In this document: one piece after another, positions 42,640-53,333 of the stretch
Numbering within the stretch: the first letter of the stretch is position 1
Layout of the letters: each line of letters starts with the position of its first letter
Assembly: GCA_964423345.1 (NCBI GenBank)
Contig: CAYREV010000007.1
Coordinates: 23,912-87,911, forward strand
Direction: 5' to 3'
DNA: 64,000 nt
Source: an uncultured Balneolaceae bacterium
GTDB taxonomy: Bacteria > Bacteroidota > Rhodothermia > Balneolales > Balneolaceae
The notes under the pieces: model-generated
What the model saw: only the letters and a program-made list of their open reading frames with translations
Database searches by the model: none
Told to the model about the DNA's origin: nothing
Position numbers and translations under genes: made by a program

Positions 42640-45237
42640 TTATTGTACGGCCGCCAGTGGAATACGAAAGGTACATCTGGTTTGAGATGCTGCTGCACGG
42701 GCGGGCAGCGGTTCAAAGTTAAGCCATCGATCGATCGCCCTTTCAACGGCCTCCCTTAGCCGTTCATCCACCGGCGGCGAACGCAAGGTGTGGGAAACCA
42801 CCTGCCCCTCCAGGTTTATCGTCATCCTGTATACCAGTTGGTAATCGTCCTTCACCTCTACTTCCTGCGGGTACATGATTTTATCAAGAAATTGCTGCAT
42901 GCTTCCCTCTACCTGCAGGCTTATGCCCTTCCCTTCGCAGGTGCCCGGGGTGATGGCACGTTCTTTATACTCCAATGCCGCCTCCAGCAACTTCAGCTGG
43001 GGCACCTCCCTGGCATCCGGGAAGGCCCTTTTGTATTCTTTAATGGCCGAACGCACACTGTCCCAGTATGCCCCCTCCAGGGGCTTCTGTTGAACAGGTC
43101 CCCCGATATGGTCTCCGGATGCCCGGAGGCCTATTACAGAATCTTTTGCTCCGCCCTGCCTCCAAACAAATATTGAATCGCTGTGCGCTTTGGCAAGGTT
43201 AACATACTCCCGCACAGACCTGAAATATATGTAGGGAGCAAGGCGGGATGTTTGGTTGTCCAGCGCCAGCTGCCTGAACGCTTCGGCCTTTTGAGGGGCC
43301 GGGGAATCGGGATGCTTTGCTATCCGCTCCATTTTATCCCGCAACACTGCCGAGGAATCAACCCTGCTATTGGAGAGGGATCCGCCCTCCAGCCGCCGGG
43401 ATACCTTAGCGGCGTATTCGGTATGGGGGAATCTGTTCAGTATGGTATCGGCCCAGTACCTGGCCTCTTCCCCCTTACCGCGATCGCTCTGTAATTCAAA
43501 CAGGGCGTACATGGCACGTTGTACCAGTGGACTTTCCGGATATTTGCCAATCACCTCATTATAATAATAAGCGGCACTGTCCGGCATCTGCAGATTCAAA
43601 AAGAACAGGCTTCCCAACTCATACAGGGCCTGTGCCCGTTTCTGCCGATAAGAAGATTTTTGTTCCGGTGTAGAGGGTATCTCGCTCAGATCAAGTTTCA
43701 ATGCCCGGGTGCCGGCTAATTTCGCATTCCCCGCTGAATTTTCGGAATCCCCCTGCCTCAATGCTTGAGCTCCTGCCCTTCGTACCGCTTCGGCCCTTCG
43801 CCAGTTATCCATTAGCGGGCGTTCACCCCAAACCACCCTAAACTCGTTAACGGATTCCCTGACCAGCCGGGCATTTCTATAATTTAAAAAACCGTAAACC
43901 GTCGACTTTACATTATTCTCACCGGATCTGCCTCGGTTGAGGTTCAACAACCTGTTACTGCGGACCTCCTCCCGTTCAAGTCTCTCTTCAATCTGTCGCT
44001 TTTTCCGACTGCGGGCTTCCGCTATAACCGAATCGAGCTCTGCCGGTGGTAGCGACCCAAGCCATAGCAGGCTGTCAAGCCGGGCGGCGGTTTCCTTTAA
44101 AGACGTATACCTGTGATAAGCCGATGCAAGCATCCGGGCATCCCGTTTCTCTCCTTCAATCTCCAGTGATGAGGCATAGGTGGATGAGGAATCAAAATAG
44201 GCAGCAGCTTTACTTAAATCCCCATGTTCCTCGCTGAAAATTTTACCCATCCGGTAATAGATACGTCCCTGTATATCCCTGGGTAGCCGGTCAACTTCCA
44301 TACGCAGCAGCCGGTTATACAGCACCTTTGCCCCGGCTATCCGGCCCTCCATTTCCAGGGTGCGGGCTACCTCATAGCGAATGTCGGCTCTACGTGAAAA
44401 GTTTTTGTCATCTTTTGCCATCGACCGGTAGATCGAAATAGCCATATCCATGTTCCCCTCTTTTCTCGCCACTTCGGCCCTTTTCATATCAGACCAGTAG
44501 ATATACTCGTAGTCGGGGTAAAAAGTTCGAACCTGCCCAAAGGCGTATATAGCTTCTCCAAAGCGGCCCTGTTCCTCCAACACCTGTCCGTACAAAAAAT
44601 AGGCGCGGCTTTTCATCTCATTGCGAGGCAGATTCCTTATTGCTGCACCCAGGAAACTGGACGACTGTTCCCAGTTTTCCCGCATGGCAAACAGCTCTCC
44701 CAGGAGCAGTTCCGCTTCTGCAAGAGTGCGGGGTTGCCAGAAAACGGCATCAAGCTCGTTCAGCAGGTAGGATATGCCCTCCCCGAATTCTTCACCGGCC
44801 AGTAAAGCCTTCCCCTTCCAAAGAGTCGCTTCCGCCTTAAGACGGTCTTTGCCGGTAAGGGCTTTCAGCTCTTCAAACTTCTGGATGGCCTGAAAAAAAT
44901 CTCTCTGGTAGTAATATGATTTTCCAATCAACAGCAGGGCGTCATCCGTCCACTTGGAATCCGGAAACTTTCGGAGAATCTGTGCGCACTTGTCAATGGA
45001 TTTCTGAAATTCCGGGTTGGATACCGCCAGGGGCCGGATATGAACGCTTATGGGTTGGGAGGGATCCAGGTTTACCTCTTGTTCCTTAATTTTTTCAAGG
45101 CCCTTGCTGTAGCTTTTTTCGGCGTTGTAGAAGCTGTTATAGTGAGCCCGAAAATTGTCCAATGAGCTTTTGACTCCCGTACACCCGGCAAGGTAAATCA
45201 ACAGAGGCAGAAGGGCTATGTAGTTTATCCATTTCAA
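42640..45237 (-). CDS. Large TPR-repeat lipoprotein (size and architecture similar to PorW/SprE; C-terminal TonB-C-like segment)
   Basis: 865 aa. Lipobox 'LIYLAGCTG' and many TPR-like repeats. The C-terminal ~80 aa ('QLVYRMTINLEGQVVSHTLRSPP...AIDRWLNFEPLP') resemble a TonB C-terminal fold. The PorW/SprE assignment is speculative. Confidence 0.55.
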   Translation of the reverse strand: MKWINYIALLPLLIYLAGCTGVKSSLDNFRAHYNSFYNAEKSYSKGLEKIKEQEVNLDPSQPISVHIRPLAVSNPEFQKSIDKCAQILRKFPDSKWTDDALLLIGKSYYYQRDFFQAIQKFEELKALTGKDRLKAEATLWKGKALLAGEEFGEGISYLLNELDAVFWQPRTLAEAELLLGELFAMRENWEQSSSFLGAAIRNLPRNEMKSRAYFLYGQVLEEQGRFGEAIYAFGQVRTFYPDYEYIYWSDMKRAEVARKEGNMDMAISIYRSMAKDDKNFSRRADIRYEVARTLEMEGRIAGAKVLYNRLLRMEVDRLPRDIQGRIYYRMGKIFSEEHGDLSKAAAYFDSSSTYASSLEIEGEKRDARMLASAYHRYTSLKETAARLDSLLWLGSLPPAELDSVIAEARSRKKRQIEERLEREEVRSNRLLNLNRGRSGENNVKSTVYGFLNYRNARLVRESVNEFRVVWGERPLMDNWRRAEAVRRAGAQALRQGDSENSAGNAKLAGTRALKLDLSEIPSTPEQKSSYRQKRAQALYELGSLFFLNLQMPDSAAYYYNEVIGKYPESPLVQRAMYALFELQSDRGKGEEARYWADTILNRFPHTEYAAKVSRRLEGGSLSNSRVDSSAVLRDKMERIAKHPDSPAPQKAEAFRQLALDNQTSRLAPYIYFRSVREYVNLAKAHSDSIFVWRQGGAKDSVIGLRASGDHIGGPVQQKPLEGAYWDSVRSAIKEYKRAFPDAREVPQLKLLEAALEYKERAITPGTCEGKGISLQVEGSMQQFLDKIMYPQEVEVKDDYQLVYRMTINLEGQVVSHTLRSPPVDERLREAVERAIDRWLNFEPLPARAAASQTRCTFRIPLAAVQ

Positions 45238-45356
45238 AATTCAGGCAATCTTTATAAGCAAAAAGGCTTTATGGTTTATGAGGGGTGTGGCCAGCGGTTA
45301 ATCGGCAACTGCATTATTGCCAAACCTTTTTTATAGTACCTCTCGCTCGTTATGCA

Positions 45357-46790
45357 CTATTCTATGGTGCTGACCTTAATCATATTGGTGTGTCCCCTTT
45401 TGGCAATGGGCATGCCGGTAGCTATAATGACCCGGTCGCCCTTGTCGACCATACCTTTATTTTTCAAATAATCTTCCATCAGTTTTACACTCTTGTCGGT
45501 ATCGAATATTTCATCAATCTTGACAGCTCGCACTCCCCATACCAAACCAAGCTGACTCCGCACTTTTTCACTTTCCGTAAAAGCCACAATGGGGACCTTT
45601 GGCCTGAACTTGGCTATGCGCCTTGCCGTACTCCCCGAGTGGGTGATGGTGCTTATGACTCTTGCATCCACATTATCGGCCAGGCTGATACAGGAGTAGG
45701 CCAGTGATTCAATTACCTGCTTTTCTTTCCATTCCGGCTTTCGATATTCCAGGCTGTGGTAAATTCCGGGTGCATTGGTTTCCACCGAACGGCAAATCTT
45801 GTCCATTGCCCTGACCGATTCTACCGGATACTCCCCGGCCGCTGTCTCTCCGGAGAGCATAACGGCGTCGGTCCCATCCATGACTGCATTGGCCACGTCT
45901 GAGCTTTCCGCACGGGTAGCCCGGGGATTGTGTATCATGGAATCCAGCATCTGTGTAGCGGTAATAACCGGTTTTCCTGCTTTCCGGCACTGCTGTATGA
46001 TCGTCTTCTGCACCAGGGGCACCCGCTCACTGTCAATTTCGATGCCCAGGTCTCCCCGAGCCACCATGATTCCGTCCGACTCTTCAATGATATCCCCTAT
46101 AACGCTTACGGCCTCCGGTTTTTCAATTTTGGCAATGATACCGGCCTGGCTTCCCGCCGCCCTGACCCTGGATATCACTTCCTGCACGTCGGCTGCCGTC
46201 CGCACAAACGACATCGCTACATAATCCACCTCCTCGTTTAATGCATGGTCGAGATCCTCAATGTCCTTTTCCGTCAGGGAGGGCATGCTGATTTTGACAT
46301 CCGGCAGGTTTACCCCCTTACGCGATTTGAGCATACCGCCTACCACCACCTGGGCAATAATGTCGTCGGTATTTTTTTTCACAACCTTCAGCTCCAGCAG
46401 CCCATCATCCATCAAAATTTTGTTGCCCGTCTCGGCATCCCGGGCAAGGTTTTCATAATCAATGGGAATCCTCTCCGAGGTCCCTTCAATATCGTCCGAC
46501 GTCAAGGTAACGTACTGTCCCGCCTCCAGCTGCCGACTTCCCCCCTTCATCTCTCCCACCCTGATTTTGGGTCCCTGCAAGTCGGCCAATATGGGAATGC
46601 TGAGTTCATATTTATCTGCCACCTCCCTTATCAGGCTGATCACCCGGCTGTGTTCCTCGTGAGTACCGTGGGAAAAATTGATGCGGGCTAAATCCATACC
46701 GTTCCGGGTCAGATCTTCAATCATTCCCCTCGTATTACTGCTGGGTCCCAGAGTGCAAACAATTTTGGTTCTTCGGTCACTTAGATTCAT
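45357..46790 (-). CDS. pyk: Pyruvate kinase
   Basis: 'RRTKIVCTLGPS', 'ARINFSHG', 'ILADLQGPKIR', 'MVARGDLGIE', 'ITATQMLDSM'; 477 aa. Confidence 0.95.
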   Translation of the reverse strand: MNLSDRRTKIVCTLGPSSNTRGMIEDLTRNGMDLARINFSHGTHEEHSRVISLIREVADKYELSIPILADLQGPKIRVGEMKGGSRQLEAGQYVTLTSDDIEGTSERIPIDYENLARDAETGNKILMDDGLLELKVVKKNTDDIIAQVVVGGMLKSRKGVNLPDVKISMPSLTEKDIEDLDHALNEEVDYVAMSFVRTAADVQEVISRVRAAGSQAGIIAKIEKPEAVSVIGDIIEESDGIMVARGDLGIEIDSERVPLVQKTIIQQCRKAGKPVITATQMLDSMIHNPRATRAESSDVANAVMDGTDAVMLSGETAAGEYPVESVRAMDKICRSVETNAPGIYHSLEYRKPEWKEKQVIESLAYSCISLADNVDARVISTITHSGSTARRIAKFRPKVPIVAFTESEKVRSQLGLVWGVRAVKIDEIFDTDKSVKLMEDYLKNKGMVDKGDRVIIATGMPIAKRGHTNMIKVSTIE

Positions 46791-47105
46791 TAAATATCTG
46801 CTTGTTAATAATGTTATAATTTTTCCGAATTTGAACTACAACCGGTATACGCATTAAAAGTATTTCTGTGTATCTCACAAAATATCAACTTAAACGTTAA
46901 AGGTGAATCGACAAACCGAATGACGGTACCTCCGCGCCAACCGGCAGGACGGAAAATACCCCGTAATTATATAGGTTTACAAAATTAGAATTATATTTCC
47001 CTTCTGCCTGTTTGGACAATAACATTAATATGTGACTTTTAAAGTACTCACATTATAATATATTACATCTAAAAGAGCAGTATTCTTTGGCTGATCCGAA
47101 CGTTT

Positions 47106-48554
47106 ATGTATTCATATTCCACACAGAAATACCTTTTATATTACCTTGCAGGGGTGTTTACGGTCCTCTCCTGTGCTCGCGCCTACAATCCTGATATTGA
47201 ACGGGGATCCAATTTCAAGTTCCGGGAAGGATTTCCGGAAGTGCGCATCTCGGCAATTGGGCTGCTGAGTGAAACCGATGAACCCGGCATCAATGTATCG
47301 ACCGACATCGTTTACGGAAGCCTCATTTATAAAGAACGTGATGGAAAATCGGAAGCCCGGTTTACCATCGAGATTCAAATAGTACCCCAGGTTGAATCTG
47401 ACGAGGCCGTAAACCTCTCATCCAAAACGGAACAGCAAAGCTTTTCCATAAGCAGGGGAAACTCCGATATTACGCACAGCCAGGAAGTATTCTCCTACGA
47501 TACGAGGGTACCGGTCAAGCCCGGCAATTACCAGATCAATGTAACCGTCATAGACCAGCACTCCGGGAAGAGCATTACCCGCCGCACCCAGACCTACATT
47601 CCCGACCCCGATGACAACACCGTGTCAAATTTCACCAATATACAGCTGTTGGGTAAGGATATGGATGTGCAAAACCCCGCCTGGTCCCCCATCACCACCT
47701 ATGATGTACCCGGAAGCATAGATTCCCTGATGTTCAGGCTGCAGGTTACCAACAACGACGCCGATGCACCGCTGACCATCAACTCCAGGCTGATCCGTTT
47801 TAAGTCTGATACCACCGTCGCCCGCCCGATGCACTATAACAACTACAGTCCATCAAGCATACAATACAAGGGGATTGACTATGACCGGGAAGAAGAGCTG
47901 CAGAGTAACCGGAGGACATTAACACAGCCCGGCAGTGTATTAATCGAATATAAATACGCCCAGCACAAGCGTGGAAATTACCGTTTTGAGGTAACAAACG
48001 AGGTCGAAAATGAAGAGGAGGAACGCTTCAAAGCCCGTGATTTCGGGGTAAAGAGCAAAAATTATCCTTCTATTAAATCGGCCAGGGAGCTGGCCCGCCC
48101 CCTCCACTATCTGATGGATGAGGATGAATATGAGGAACTGATGGCCATCAACAATCCCGACTCACTCAAGCAGGCCGTCGATCGCTTCTGGCTGAGAAGC
48201 CTGAAAAACAAGAATGACGCCCGGAGCGTACTGAAAATGTATTACCAGCGCGTGGAGGAGGCCAACAAGCAGTTCTCCAATTTCAAGGAGGGCTGGAAAA
48301 CCGATCTCGGCATGATTTACATCCTATTCGGCCCGCCCTGGTATATAGACCGGCGCCTGGACCAGATGGTCTGGTCCTATTCCTACAACCGGAACGATCC
48401 CGAATACAACTACCTGTTCCGGACCCCCAAATTAAAATCGGAATTTTTTCCTTTCCAGAACTATCTGCTGCAGCGTCAGCAGCAGTATTTCAACATCCAG
48501 TACCAGCAGGTCCAACTGTGGCTCTCCGGACAGATATTACGCCGCAGCATATAA
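47106..48554 (+). CDS. GWxTD-domain protein
   Basis: 482 aa. C-terminal 'FKEGWKTDLGMIYILFGPP' GWxTD signature. N-terminal lipoprotein-like signal ('VLSCA'). Confidence 0.8.
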   Translation: MYSYSTQKYLLYYLAGVFTVLSCARAYNPDIERGSNFKFREGFPEVRISAIGLLSETDEPGINVSTDIVYGSLIYKERDGKSEARFTIEIQIVPQVESDEAVNLSSKTEQQSFSISRGNSDITHSQEVFSYDTRVPVKPGNYQINVTVIDQHSGKSITRRTQTYIPDPDDNTVSNFTNIQLLGKDMDVQNPAWSPITTYDVPGSIDSLMFRLQVTNNDADAPLTINSRLIRFKSDTTVARPMHYNNYSPSSIQYKGIDYDREEELQSNRRTLTQPGSVLIEYKYAQHKRGNYRFEVTNEVENEEEERFKARDFGVKSKNYPSIKSARELARPLHYLMDEDEYEELMAINNPDSLKQAVDRFWLRSLKNKNDARSVLKMYYQRVEEANKQFSNFKEGWKTDLGMIYILFGPPWYIDRRLDQMVWSYSYNRNDPEYNYLFRTPKLKSEFFPFQNYLLQRQQQYFNIQYQQVQLWLSGQILRRSI

Positions 48555-48836
48555 TTCTACCCCGGCCAGACAGCGGGCTATCGACCAGCTGGACCAGGTC
48601 CGCAGCGTGAGATCGATGCGAACCCGCAGCTGGAACAGAATCCGGGTTACTAATTCGTAATAGATAAACTACCATTAAAAAAGGCTGCCCCGCACTTGAG
48701 GGATAGCCTTTTCTATTTTTTGTTAGCCCGAAAAGGCAATGTTGAATTCAAGATATTTAGCAGAAGGCTGCTTCCTGTAGGATCCGCAATTTTAGGCTCC
48801 CATTAACTGCCCTTACCTACTACTTTTTTTAGTCAT

Positions 48837-48870
48837 AAAAAAATGGCCGCCCCTGAAAAGAGGCGGCCAT
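48837..48870 (-). terminator. Intrinsic terminator downstream of the SusD-like gene
   Basis: ATGGCCGCC / GGCGGCCAT 9-bp stem with a 10-nt loop, followed on the minus strand by a T7 run. Confidence 0.7.
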
Positions 48871-48903
48871 TTTAAATTCGGCTATATCGTTGACTGTTAC
48901 AGC

Positions 48904-50277
48904 CTAGTTGTCATAGCCTGTGTTCTGCACGATGTTGGAGTTGGCACGGATCTCAGAATCGGGAATCGGAAGTGCCACCCGGTAATCATCTGATGCGATC
49001 GTGGTCGAACGAAGTGATTCGGTATCACCGGGGATGATATCCCGGCCCGTTCGAATCAGGTCATACAGCCTGAATCCCTCCATGGCCAGTTCAAGACGGC
49101 GCTCTCTGAGCACGTTTTCAACTGAACCGGTCGCATAATAGCTGGCGCCCAGTCCCCTGTTGGAGGTGATTTTGTCCAGCTCGAGCTTGGCATCAGCTTC
49201 CCGGTTGCTATTGGCCAGGGCCTCAGCATAATTGAGAATAACTTCAGCGTAACGAATGATGCGCACGTTATCCGTGCCGGTATTCTCATCCGCATATTTG
49301 CTGACCATGCGGTGTGTGGAACCGTCCGAAGAGTACAGGTCCAAACGCACGTCGCCCGCATCATGCTCATTAAAGAGATCGTCCGTAACCTCCACATCTC
49401 CGTAGTTGGTATCACGGTAGATACGGGCAATACTGTCCGATCCGGGGTTGTCCGATGAGGTAAAAGCGACCTCAAACAGAGACGCCGGTCCGGAACCTGA
49501 CTCCCAGGTTGCTACCAGGGCGCCCGCCGGGGTAATGGAGAAGTTGCCGGAGTCAATAATCTCCTCGGCAGCCGTAATGGCATTCCCGTACTGCTCTGTA
49601 TAGAGGAAGTAACGGGTTTGCAGGGCTTTGGCTGCCCAGTAATTCAGCTCTATGGTGTTCGTATCGGAGGGATCAAGCAGGCTTACGGCCTGTGCCAGGT
49701 CGGCTCCGATATTTGACCAGACGTCGGCAATGGCATCACGTGAAGGATACAGATTGCCTTCGCTGTAGGTAGTGACATAGGGTACGCCCAGTGCGGGATC
49801 CCCGCCGGCAACATACTGTTGGCCGAAAGCCAGCAGCAGGTTCATGTGGGAAAGAGCCCTAAGAGCATACGCCTGCCCACGGTAGTGGTCTACCTCCGGT
49901 GTGGATTCGATGTCGGCATTGATGGCGATGTTGGCGCCGGCAATGACTTCATAGTAGACATCCCAGTAACCGATGGCCAGTCCGCTGTTTACAGTAAAGT
50001 CGAACTCATCCTGTCCCAGGAATCGACCTGTGTTACCGTTAGAGAAGGCGTTGTCCGACATCACCTCGGCCGAGACCGGAAAGTCCCGCCCGTAAAGTGC
50101 AACTCGGTTTAAATCGTCATATGCGCCGTAAACGGCGAGCTTGATGTCCTCCGATGACTGTATAGCCTCGTCAATCGGTTTGGACTGATCTACGGAAGGG
50201 CTGAGAAAATTTTCGCAGCCGCTACCGATACCTGCTACAAGGAGCAGTACAGTAAGATATTTTATAATGTTGTTCAT
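48904..50277 (-). CDS. SusD/RagB-family outer-membrane lipoprotein
   Basis: 457 aa. Lipobox 'GIGSGCE', immediately downstream of a SusC-like gene. TPR-like helical N-terminal half ('AYALRALSHMNLLLAFGQ'). Confidence 0.85.
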   Translation of the reverse strand: MNNIIKYLTVLLLVAGIGSGCENFLSPSVDQSKPIDEAIQSSEDIKLAVYGAYDDLNRVALYGRDFPVSAEVMSDNAFSNGNTGRFLGQDEFDFTVNSGLAIGYWDVYYEVIAGANIAINADIESTPEVDHYRGQAYALRALSHMNLLLAFGQQYVAGGDPALGVPYVTTYSEGNLYPSRDAIADVWSNIGADLAQAVSLLDPSDTNTIELNYWAAKALQTRYFLYTEQYGNAITAAEEIIDSGNFSITPAGALVATWESGSGPASLFEVAFTSSDNPGSDSIARIYRDTNYGDVEVTDDLFNEHDAGDVRLDLYSSDGSTHRMVSKYADENTGTDNVRIIRYAEVILNYAEALANSNREADAKLELDKITSNRGLGASYYATGSVENVLRERRLELAMEGFRLYDLIRTGRDIIPGDTESLRSTTIASDDYRVALPIPDSEIRANSNIVQNTGYDN

Positions 50278-50288
50278 GGTGTTACTAT

Positions 50289-53200
50289 TTAGAAATTGGC
50301 TTTAATTCCGAATGTAATGGACTTCAACGGCGCTGAGTTCAGGTCGAGGAATCCATTGGCCGGCGTGTCGGGATCATACTTCAGATCCTCGTCAAAAGTA
50401 TACGTCCAGAGGTTCGTACCATTGAAGTATACCATGGCCGACTTGAGGCCTACATTTTCCAGATATTTCGCCGGAATGTTGTACCCCACATTTAGGCTGC
50501 TCAGCCTCAGGTAGTCGCCGTCGTAGAGCCGGCGGGAAGAGGTGGAGCTGGAGTTTTTGTTACCGATAAATGCGATCGGTTTGGGATTCTTAGCAATATC
50601 GCCCGGCTCTTCCCAGTAATCGGTCATAGATGCATACTGCCCGAAGAAGGGGCTGTAGGCACCGTCGGACTTCATATAGAATGCCCAGGAGTCATATACC
50701 TTGTGGCCGAAAGCATAATAAAGATCGGCACTGACGGTAAATCCATAGGCATCGAAGCGGGTATTAAAGCCGCCGAACTTGGTAGGCTGTGCATTACCGC
50801 CCTGGTAGTATTCGTCGGCCGCATTGTAATCATTGGTCGTCGTTCGGCCTCCGTTGCCGTCGTCCATGTACCACAGCGGGTCACCGTTGGCGGGATCCAC
50901 ACCGGCCCACTCTTTCATGAACCAGGAATCAACCGCATATCCTACCACTGCCCGGTAACGGGTACTGGTGGTAATCTCTACAGGTTCACCGTTAAGATCT
51001 ACCGGAAGTTCGGTAATCTCGTTTTTAAGCGTGGTAAAATTACCGCCGAGGCTCCAGGCGAAATTCTTGCCCTGAACGATGTTGGCATTCAACTCAACCT
51101 CCAGACCTTTGTTATACAGCTCTCCGGAGTTTTGCAGCTGGGAAGAATGTCCCGTGGTGCGTGAAAGCGGCACATTGAAGAGCAGGTCGTAGCTGTTCTT
51201 TTTAAAAGCCACAACAGAACCTGAAATACGATCGAGTGCTTCAAACTCAACCCCTATATCCAGGGATTTTGCTTTCTCCCAGGTAAGGCCCGAGTTACCC
51301 AGCTGTCCCGGCTGGAAGTTGGGGTAGTTGTTGTAGCTTCCGGTAAAGGAGGCCAGGGCCTGGTAGTTGTTCAGGCCGATAGAGGCATTCCCCGTAAGGC
51401 CGTAGGAAGCGCGAACCTTAAGGAAATCGAGCCATTCCATATCCTGGAAAAACTCCTCTTCGGTCAGCTTGTACCCAAGTCCAACGGACCAGAAAGTACC
51501 CCATCTCTTGGCTTCGGAAAAGCGGGAGTTCCCCTCACGGCGAAGGCTGACGTCGGCCAAGACCTTGTCGCTAAAGGTATAGTTAACCAAGCCGGTAAAG
51601 GACTGTACGGCCCAGTCGGAGGTAGAACCGCTAACCCAGTTCGGAGATGCCGTACTGGCAAGATTTACCAGGCCGGCGGCGGCATACCCTTCCCCGTAGG
51701 CACCGAGGAATCGGTTGTAGTTGCGCTGGCTCTCTGAAATCAGCTTGACATCAAAAAGATGATCTTCCTTCGGCTGAAATACATACTGGAGGTTGTTTCT
51801 CCAGACGTAGTTGAAGTTCCGGGTATCGTAGTCCGAAACCGAGCCGCGTACATCTTCACTGTCCCCGTAGTAGGGGTTATTGTAATATTTCTCCTCCGTC
51901 AGGATGTAATCAATAGAGAAATTGGTCGTAAACGACAGGTTCTCCATAATATTTACATCCACCGTGGTATTGTTTATCAGCCGGTAGTTGGTTTTTCGGT
52001 CGATATCCATCTCCTGAACAGCCACCGGATTGTAGAGGAAAGTACCGAAGCTGTCGGTTTTCGGGGATCCGTCATCATTGTAAACTTTATAGATGGGTGG
52101 CAGGAAGAATTCCGAAAGTACCGGGTTGCCGAAATATCCGGCTCCCTCGAGGATACCATCCTGATTGACATAGGAACCGTTGAACGAGTTATTGAGCCTT
52201 ACCCTGTCGTCAAAGCGATGCTGAATGTTCAGTTTTCCCGAAATACGATCCAGGCTGGTACCGATGGTTTGCCCCTGTTGCTCAAAAAAGCCTGCCGAGG
52301 CGTAGAAAGTCGTGCTTTCATTGCCACCGCGTGCAGAAATATCGTAAGACTGCTGAACGGCAGCATCGTTGGTAACAACATCGCCCCAGTTGGTGTTTGT
52401 TTCACCGTCCCATCCACTTGAACCTATAAAGTTGTCGACCTGATCTCTCGTACCTTCAAGTCCAAATCTTTGCAGGTAGTTCCCTGTGGCGTCATAATAG
52501 AGTTGATCCCATTGCTCGGCATTCAACGCTCCAGGTCCGGCAACGGCCCGGTCGTTAAATCCGCGCTGCATGGCAACGCTGTAGGTTACATCTCCTTCGC
52601 GACCGTCCTTGGTTTCAATAACGATTACGCCATTGGAACCGCGGGCTCCGTAGGGTGCCGTGGAAGAGGCATCCTTCAGAATGGTTACCGATTTAATATC
52701 GGAAGGGCTCAGGTTGGCCAGAACGCCCAGCGAGCTGGTTGCCCCGGAAGCGGCATTGCTCCCGCTGACAACGGGTACCCCGTCAATTACATAGAGGGGG
52801 GAAACGCCGGCATTGATAGAGCTGAGTCCTCGTATACGAATCTGCTGGACCGCTCCGGGCGTACCGGTTGAAGCCGATATGCTGGCACCTGTAACATTTC
52901 CTTTAAGTACCTGGTCGACTGAAACAGCCGGTATATTTTCAAAACTTTCCGAGGATACCGTAGATACCGACCCGGTAAAGTTTTGTTTTTCTACATTGCC
53001 ATAGCCTGTGACGACTACTTCGCTAAGTTCGGTTACTCCGGCCATCATCTCTACATTTATAACAGAGCGGCCGTTGATGGCAACTTCCTGCTGGTTAAAT
53101 CCGATAGAGCTGAAAACGAGTGTACCGGTATCTGAAGGTACATTCAGTTCATATTTCCCATCCGAATTGGTAGCTGTACCAATGGTGGTTCCTTGATATA

Positions 53201-53333
53201 AGACTGTGACTCCCGGTAACGGGTTTCCGTCGTCCGATGCGGTAACCGTACCTGATACGGTATGTTGGGCCGCTGCCGTTGACGCAAACACGAAACCAAA
53301 AGCACACAGAATAGTTAGTGCCTTTAATTTCAT
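50289..53333 (-). CDS. SusC/RagA-family TonB-dependent outer-membrane transporter
   Basis: 1014 aa. Signal peptide; CarboxypepD_reg-like N-domain ('VSGTVTASDDGNPLPGVTVL'); plug ('SVTILKDASSTAPYGARGSNGVIVIETK'); C-terminal 'FGIKANF'. Confidence 0.92.
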   Translation of the reverse strand: MKLKALTILCAFGFVFASTAAAQHTVSGTVTASDDGNPLPGVTVLYQGTTIGTATNSDGKYELNVPSDTGTLVFSSIGFNQQEVAINGRSVINVEMMAGVTELSEVVVTGYGNVEKQNFTGSVSTVSSESFENIPAVSVDQVLKGNVTGASISASTGTPGAVQQIRIRGLSSINAGVSPLYVIDGVPVVSGSNAASGATSSLGVLANLSPSDIKSVTILKDASSTAPYGARGSNGVIVIETKDGREGDVTYSVAMQRGFNDRAVAGPGALNAEQWDQLYYDATGNYLQRFGLEGTRDQVDNFIGSSGWDGETNTNWGDVVTNDAAVQQSYDISARGGNESTTFYASAGFFEQQGQTIGTSLDRISGKLNIQHRFDDRVRLNNSFNGSYVNQDGILEGAGYFGNPVLSEFFLPPIYKVYNDDGSPKTDSFGTFLYNPVAVQEMDIDRKTNYRLINNTTVDVNIMENLSFTTNFSIDYILTEEKYYNNPYYGDSEDVRGSVSDYDTRNFNYVWRNNLQYVFQPKEDHLFDVKLISESQRNYNRFLGAYGEGYAAAGLVNLASTASPNWVSGSTSDWAVQSFTGLVNYTFSDKVLADVSLRREGNSRFSEAKRWGTFWSVGLGYKLTEEEFFQDMEWLDFLKVRASYGLTGNASIGLNNYQALASFTGSYNNYPNFQPGQLGNSGLTWEKAKSLDIGVEFEALDRISGSVVAFKKNSYDLLFNVPLSRTTGHSSQLQNSGELYNKGLEVELNANIVQGKNFAWSLGGNFTTLKNEITELPVDLNGEPVEITTSTRYRAVVGYAVDSWFMKEWAGVDPANGDPLWYMDDGNGGRTTTNDYNAADEYYQGGNAQPTKFGGFNTRFDAYGFTVSADLYYAFGHKVYDSWAFYMKSDGAYSPFFGQYASMTDYWEEPGDIAKNPKPIAFIGNKNSSSTSSRRLYDGDYLRLSSLNVGYNIPAKYLENVGLKSAMVYFNGTNLWTYTFDEDLKYDPDTPANGFLDLNSAPLKSITFGIKANF

